24,000 nucleotides of DNA from an uncultured Atopobiaceae bacterium (GTDB lineage Bacteria; Actinomycetota; Coriobacteriia; Coriobacteriales; Atopobiaceae): contig CAUTMX010000003.1 of assembly GCA_963539685.1 (NCBI GenBank), forward strand, positions 15,313-39,312. The letters run 5' to 3'. Below are positions 19,719-24,000 of this stretch, one piece after another (position 1 is the stretch's first letter; each line of letters opens with the position of its first letter). Under the pieces are notes generated by a model. It was not told the origin of the DNA, ran no database searches, and saw nothing but the letters and a program-made list of their open reading frames with translations. Position numbers and translations under genes: made by a program.

Positions 19719-20645
19719 TTACTTGCGGTTGCAAACCTCTGCAGCAACCTTTGCGCCAAGAGCAACGTTGTTGAAGACCAACTGAATGTTGGACTCAAGG
19801 GAGTTGTTGCCGGTAATCTCAGCAACCTTTGCCAGCAAGAATGGTGTGGACTCCTTGCCGTGGATACCGTTAGCCTCTGCCTCTGCAAGGGCCTTCTCGA
19901 TAGCTGCGTCAATAGTGTCCTTATCCATTGCATACTGCTCAGGAATTGGGTTGGTAACCAGAAGACCGCTGTTCATGCCAATCTGCTGCTGGGTAGTAAA
20001 GATCTCTGCCAGCTCAGCAGGGGAGTCAACGCGGTAGTCAACGCTAAAGCCGCTCTTGCGGGTGTAGAACGCAGGAAGCTCCTCGGTCTGGTAACCAAGT
20101 ACTGGAACACCCTTGGTCTCCAGGTACTCAAGGGTAAGGCCAAGGTCAAGAATGGACTTTGCACCAGCGCAAATGACCATAACAGGAGTCTGTGCAAGCT
20201 CCTCGAGGTCAGCGGAGATGTCCATGGTGGTCTCAGCGCCACGGTGAACGCCACCAATGCCGCCGGTTGCAAAGACGTCGATGCCTGCCATGTGAGCAAT
20301 CATCATGGTAGTGGTGACGGTAGTTGCACCGTCCTTCTTCTCAGCGATGATAACAGGGAGGTCACGGCGGCTAACCTTGGCAACCTCGCGGCCCTTCTTG
20401 CCCAGGTAGTCAATCTCGTCAGCAGAAAGACCGGCACGCATCTGGCCGTTAATAATTGCGATAGTTGCAGGAATTGCACCGTTGTCGCGGATAATCTGCT
20501 CAACCTTCAGAGCGGTCTCGACGTTCTGTGGGTAAGGCATACCGTGAGAAATGATGGTGGACTCCAGAGCTACAACAGGCTTGTTCTGCTCAAGAGCCTC
20601 TTTGACCTCGTCAGATACAACGAGAAAATCCTTCAGGTTTGACAT
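19719..20645 (-). CDS. psuG: Pseudouridine-5'-phosphate glycosidase
   Basis: 308-aa ORF with GGAG 5 nt upstream. VALESTIISHGMPYPQN, ATGGIGGVHRG, DISADLEEL and VICAGAKSILD are the PsuG/YeiN (IndA family) hallmarks. Confidence 0.92.
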   Translation of the reverse strand: MSNLKDFLVVSDEVKEALEQNKPVVALESTIISHGMPYPQNVETALKVEQIIRDNGAIPATIAIINGQMRAGLSADEIDYLGKKGREVAKVSRRDLPVIIAEKKDGATTVTTTMMIAHMAGIDVFATGGIGGVHRGAETTMDISADLEELAQTPVMVICAGAKSILDLGLTLEYLETKGVPVLGYQTEELPAFYTRKSGFSVDYRVDSPAELAEIFTTQQQIGMNSGLLVTNPIPEQYAMDKDTIDAAIEKALAEAEANGIHGKESTPFLLAKVAEITGNNSLESNIQLVFNNVALGAKVAAEVCNRK

Positions 20646-20684
20646 ATATACTCCAATCGTAAACGACTAATGGAACCGAAAGTA

Positions 20685-20738
20685 GTGCCGTGCAGACACG
20701 CTGTGCCGTGCGAACGCTTTGTGCCGTGCAGTCGCGCT
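20685..20738. repeat. 18-nt tandem repeat, 3 units, filling the psuK-psuG spacer and overlapping the psuK stop
   Basis: GTGCCGTGCAGACACGCT (20685-20702), GTGCCGTGCGAACGCTTT (20703-20720) and GTGCCGTGCAGTCGCGCT (20721-20738). Confidence 0.85.
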
Positions 20739-21819
20739 AAATACCTGCGCGCTTAATAACCTCGTCAACGTTGAGCTCGCCGTTGATGGTGTCCTCACCC
20801 TCAATGGCTATGCTGGAAGCAGCCATGCCTACCAGGCCGGTTTGCTCAAGCGTCATACCCTGAGTGTACGCCCAGGTAACTCCCGCCATCATGGCATCTC
20901 CTGCGCCTGTCATGTTGACCAGCTTTGCAGGAAGCAGCGGCAAGCGAACGGTCTTCTCGTGATCAGCGCAAAGAAGGCCTTTCTCGCCAAGGGAGATAAA
21001 CACACGCTTGAGGCCTGTTGCAAGCAGCTCGTGAGCTGCGGCTTCAAGGGAGGTATCGTCGGTGATCTTGATACCCGAGAGCATCTCGGCCTCAAGGCGA
21101 TTTGGTTTGAGTGTGTGAATCTTTCCCAGGACCTTCTTGAGCTTCTGCGCCTTGATGGAAGAAACGGGATCGCAGAAGATGGGGCAGGTCACGTTCTTGG
21201 CAATGAACTCGATGGTCTGCTGAGGCAGGTTGGTATCAATTACGCAAGCTGCGGCGTGCTGGATAACATCCAGGCGCTCCTCGATACGCTCAGGGGTGAC
21301 ATACTCGTAAATCTGCATGTCATTGATGGCTTCCTGCATCTCACCGTGCTCGTCCATAATGAAGAGGTAGGTGGAAGTGGAAGCGCCCGGCACGGTAATA
21401 GAAGCGTCAATGTCAATACCGCAATCCAGGCAGCCCTCTTTGAGCTCTCTAGCACGATAGTCCTCGCCAAAAGCGGTGAGCAGACGAACGTCACTGTCGA
21501 GAATGGCCAGGTTGTGGGCAACATTTCTTCCAACGCCACCAAAGGACATGGTGACCTTGCCAGGGTTTGAATCTCCAGCCACAAGGGAAGTGTCCGGGCG
21601 TCCAGCAATATCCATGTTGGCAGCGCCAATCACAATAAAGTAGGGACGCTCGCTCAAAATGTAGCGGCGGCCCAAAATTGCGCCCTTTGCGGTAAGGTTG
21701 GAGATGTGAACCGAAACAGAAGAACGCGAAATACCTGCACGCTCTGCGATTTCCTTCTGAGTAATGGAAGGCTGCTCTTTAATCCAGTTGAAAATCATCT
21801 GTTCTCGATTGGTGAGCAT
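20737..21819 (-). CDS. psuK: Pseudouridine kinase (PfkB family) with an N-terminal winged-helix DNA-binding domain
   Basis: ATG 21819 lies 4 nt after AGGAGG; the track TTG 21837 is less likely. The N-terminal MLTNREQMIFNWIKEQPSITQKEIAERAGISRSSVSVHISNLTAKGAI is HTH-like. The PfkB motifs are FGGVGRNVA and NMTGAGDAMMAG. It is co-oriented and adjacent to psuG. Confidence 0.85.
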   Translation of the reverse strand: MLTNREQMIFNWIKEQPSITQKEIAERAGISRSSVSVHISNLTAKGAILGRRYILSERPYFIVIGAANMDIAGRPDTSLVAGDSNPGKVTMSFGGVGRNVAHNLAILDSDVRLLTAFGEDYRARELKEGCLDCGIDIDASITVPGASTSTYLFIMDEHGEMQEAINDMQIYEYVTPERIEERLDVIQHAAACVIDTNLPQQTIEFIAKNVTCPIFCDPVSSIKAQKLKKVLGKIHTLKPNRLEAEMLSGIKITDDTSLEAAAHELLATGLKRVFISLGEKGLLCADHEKTVRLPLLPAKLVNMTGAGDAMMAGVTWAYTQGMTLEQTGLVGMAASSIAIEGEDTINGELNVDEVIKRAGI

Positions 21820-21850
21820 CAGGCCTCCTAGCAGCAAAAATAGAATCCGA

Positions 21851-21914
21851 CTAAACAGGTGCTTATATAAAACTTCTAAACAGGTGCTTATCTTATTTAA
21901 GCTAGTGCTTAAAT
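21851..21914. promoter_or_regulatory. Direct repeats in the psuK / deoB divergent control region (candidate operator for the PsuK HTH domain)
   Basis: CTAAACAGGTGCTTAT occurs at 21851-21866 and identically at 21876-21891 (period 25). A degenerate third copy, AAGCTAGTGCTTAAAT, lies at 21899-21914. All are 30-95 nt upstream of the psuK start. Confidence 0.4.
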
Positions 21915-22048
21915 CTTGCTTTGGACAACGATAAGACAGCAGCTAGAGTCTGTAAAGAATGAATTCATTAAATTTTTCCCTGGTGAGCTCAACGATTTTC
22001 TCGTTACATTGGTTTTACCTGCTTGATTTTTCTAAGCGTTTGCTGCGT

Positions 22049-22081
22049 ACCGTTTACAGAATTTTAGTATCTGCAAACGGT
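22049..22081. promoter_or_regulatory. Inverted repeat upstream of deoB (candidate repressor operator)
   Basis: ACCGTTTACAG (22049-22059) and CTGCAAACGGT (22071-22081) form 11-bp arms with one mismatch and an 11-nt AT-rich spacer, about 150 nt upstream of the deoB ATG. Confidence 0.35.
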
Positions 22082-22226
22082 TGTATCGTGAAAATCTCTC
22101 TAAATTGGGCGTCGGTGTTATGCAACTGTAATAATATATTTAATGAATAGTAATGACTCGTCCACATAAGTTAGCTTGCGTATGTATCGTGCGCAAATGC
22201 TTGTTTCGGGCGTTTTAGGAGGTAGT

Positions 22227-23417
22227 ATGCCTAAACGTGTTTTTGTAGTTGTTCTTGATAGTTTTGGCATCGGCGAAGAGCCTGATGCAGCGGCATACGG
22301 AGACGAGGGTAGCAATACCCTTTGTGCATGCGCAACAAGTGGCGTTCTTAACATCCCAAATATGACAAAGCTGGGCCTTCTTAATATTGATGGAGCACTT
22401 GATACTGTGTATGACGTTGATCTGAAGCCAATTGAGTCTCCCGAGGGCGCATATGCTCGCATGCAGGAGAAATCCGCTGGTAAAGACACTACGGTTGGTC
22501 ACTGGGAGATGGCAGGCGTCATTTCTCCAAAGAAGTTCCCAACCTATCCTGATGGTTTCCCACAGGAGGTCATTGAGGAGTTTGAGCAGAAGACGGGCCG
22601 TAAGGTTCTCTGCAATAAGCCTTACTCCGGAACTGATGTTATTAGAGACTTTGGTAAAGAGCACGTAGAGACTGGTGCTCTGATTGTCTATACCTCAGCA
22701 GATTCTGTTTTCCAGATTGCTGCTCATGAGGACGTGGTAAGTCCCGAGAAACTCTATGAGTATTGCCGCATTGCGCGTGAGATTCTTCAGGGTGAGCACG
22801 GCGTTGCTCGTGTTATTGCTCGTCCTTTTGAGGGGGAGTGGCCATACCAGCGCACTTCTCGCCGTCATGACTTCTCGCTTGAGCCAACAGGTCCAACTAT
22901 GCTTGATCGCCTTAAAGAGAACGGCTTTGACGTTCTTTCTATTGGCAAGATTTATGACATCTTTGCTCACCGCGGCATGACTGAGTTTGAGTTTACTACC
23001 TGCAACGCAGACGGAATTCAGAAGACTATTGAGGCTACTAGCAAAGACTTCAACGGTCTGTGCTTCACCAACCTTGTTGATACCGACATGATTTACGGTC
23101 ACCGCAATGACCCTGTGGGATATTCCAACGCTCTTTCTTACTTTGACGAGCGTATTCCTCAGATTATTGAGGGCCTTCGTGAGGATGACCTATTCATTAT
23201 TACCGCAGATCATGGCTGTGATCCGGTAACACCATCTACTGATCACTCTCGTGAGTACGTGCCACTGCTTATTACGGGTCCAAAGGTCAAGCCAAACACC
23301 AACCTTGGTACAACCACTACGTTTGCCGACATGGCCGAGACAATTCTTGATTATTTTGGCGTTGAGCAACTTGGTGTTGGAACTTCTCACCTGTCAGAGA
23401 TTCTTAAGGAGAACTAA
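22227..23417 (+). CDS. deoB: Phosphopentomutase
   Basis: ATG 22227 lies 4 nt after AGGAGG; the track TTG 22176 is less likely. [31 protein letters not shown] and [10 protein letters not shown] are DeoB hallmarks. Confidence 0.92.
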   Translation: MPKRVFVVVLDSFGIGEEPDAAAYGDEGSNTLCACATSGVLNIPNMTKLGLLNIDGALDTVYDVDLKPIESPEGAYARMQEKSAGKDTTVGHWEMAGVISPKKFPTYPDGFPQEVIEEFEQKTGRKVLCNKPYSGTDVIRDFGKEHVETGALIVYTSADSVFQIAAHEDVVSPEKLYEYCRIAREILQGEHGVARVIARPFEGEWPYQRTSRRHDFSLEPTGPTMLDRLKENGFDVLSIGKIYDIFAHRGMTEFEFTTCNADGIQKTIEATSKDFNGLCFTNLVDTDMIYGHRNDPVGYSNALSYFDERIPQIIEGLREDDLFIITADHGCDPVTPSTDHSREYVPLLITGPKVKPNTNLGTTTTFADMAETILDYFGVEQLGVGTSHLSEILKEN

Positions 23418-24000
23418 TGGCTACTACCCCAACTCCCCATAACGCTGCTGTTGAGGGCCAGATTGCTAAAACTGTCCTCATGCCAGGCGATCCTCTGCGC
23501 GCTAAGCTTCTTGCAGACACGTATCTGGAGAACGTTGAGCAGTTCAACACCGTTCGCAACATGTTTGGCTACACCGGCACCTACAAGGGACAGCCAGTCT
23601 CCGTTATGGGTTCTGGTATGGGTATGCCTTCCATTGGTATTTATTCTTACGAGCTCTTTAATTTCTATGGAGTCGAGAATATCTTGCGTATTGGTAGCGC
23701 AGGTGGTCTTGCTCCTGACGTAAAGCTCAGAGACATTGTTATTGGTATGTCTTCCAGCACTGATTCTAATTATCCATCACAGTACGGAATGCCTGGAACT
23801 ATTGCACCTACCGCAGACTTTGGCCTGCTAAGCAAGGCTGTTGCTGGTGCAGAAAAGCTGGGTTATCCCGTTCGCGTTGGTAATATCCTGGCAAGCGACG
23901 TGTTCTATACCGTAGACAACTCGCTTACCAAATGGGCAAGCATGGATGTTCTTGCCGTTGAGATGGAGTCGGCAGCCCTGTATCTCAACGCCATGCACGC
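23417..24000 (+). CDS. deoD: Purine nucleoside phosphorylase, DeoD type (5' part; runs off the window end)
   Basis: It is absent from the ORF track because there is no stop in the window. Its ATG overlaps the deoB stop (TAATG). The translation [80 protein letters not shown]... is colinear with E. coli DeoD (..[21 protein letters not shown]...[27 protein letters not shown]..). Confidence 0.92.
   Translation, partial: MATTPTPHNAAVEGQIAKTVLMPGDPLRAKLLADTYLENVEQFNTVRNMFGYTGTYKGQPVSVMGSGMGMPSIGIYSYELFNFYGVENILRIGSAGGLAPDVKLRDIVIGMSSSTDSNYPSQYGMPGTIAPTADFGLLSKAVAGAEKLGYPVRVGNILASDVFYTVDNSLTKWASMDVLAVEMESAALYLNAMH

Overview
The window is a moderately GC-rich chromosomal backbone (my spot count: 33/60 G+C at 12001-12060). 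Its left end is interrupted by a strongly AT-rich island of about 8.9 kb (14/60 G+C at 1081-1140). The island sits between the stop of a dxs/transketolase-like gene (1-201) and the 3' end of a minus-strand tRNA-Glu(UUC) gene (9132-9206). I see no integrase, transposase or phage structural gene in it. It carries two modules. (i) 207-3248 (minus) holds three overlapping genes: a 385-aa effector-like protein, an 86-aa middle component and a 554-aa coiled-coil ABC/SMC-type ATPase. This is a Lamassu / ABC-three-component-like conflict system whose effector I cannot assign to any catalytic family. (ii) 3581-9127 holds a sigma-70 region-4-like regulator, a 123-aa protein and a leaderless ~781-aa protein with peptidoglycan-binding repeats and a DUF1906 glycoside-hydrolase-like domain. 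These are bracketed by two divergent paralogous 4-TM proteins and followed by a frameshifted TcdE-family holin. The backbone carries two tandem paralogous helical-repeat proteins, an Fe-alcohol dehydrogenase and a DUF559/Vsr-like protein. It then carries a nucleoside-catabolism neighbourhood (deoC, psuG-psuK, deoB-deoD) that encloses a YjjI-type glycyl-radical enzyme, its YjjW-type activase and a Crp/Fnr regulator. Backbone intergenic regions hold many short-period tandem repeats abutting stop codons, plus one AT-rich non-coding insert bounded by 36-bp direct repeats. I found no rRNA, CRISPR array or IS transposase. All family assignments come from reading motifs by eye and need profile searches to confirm.
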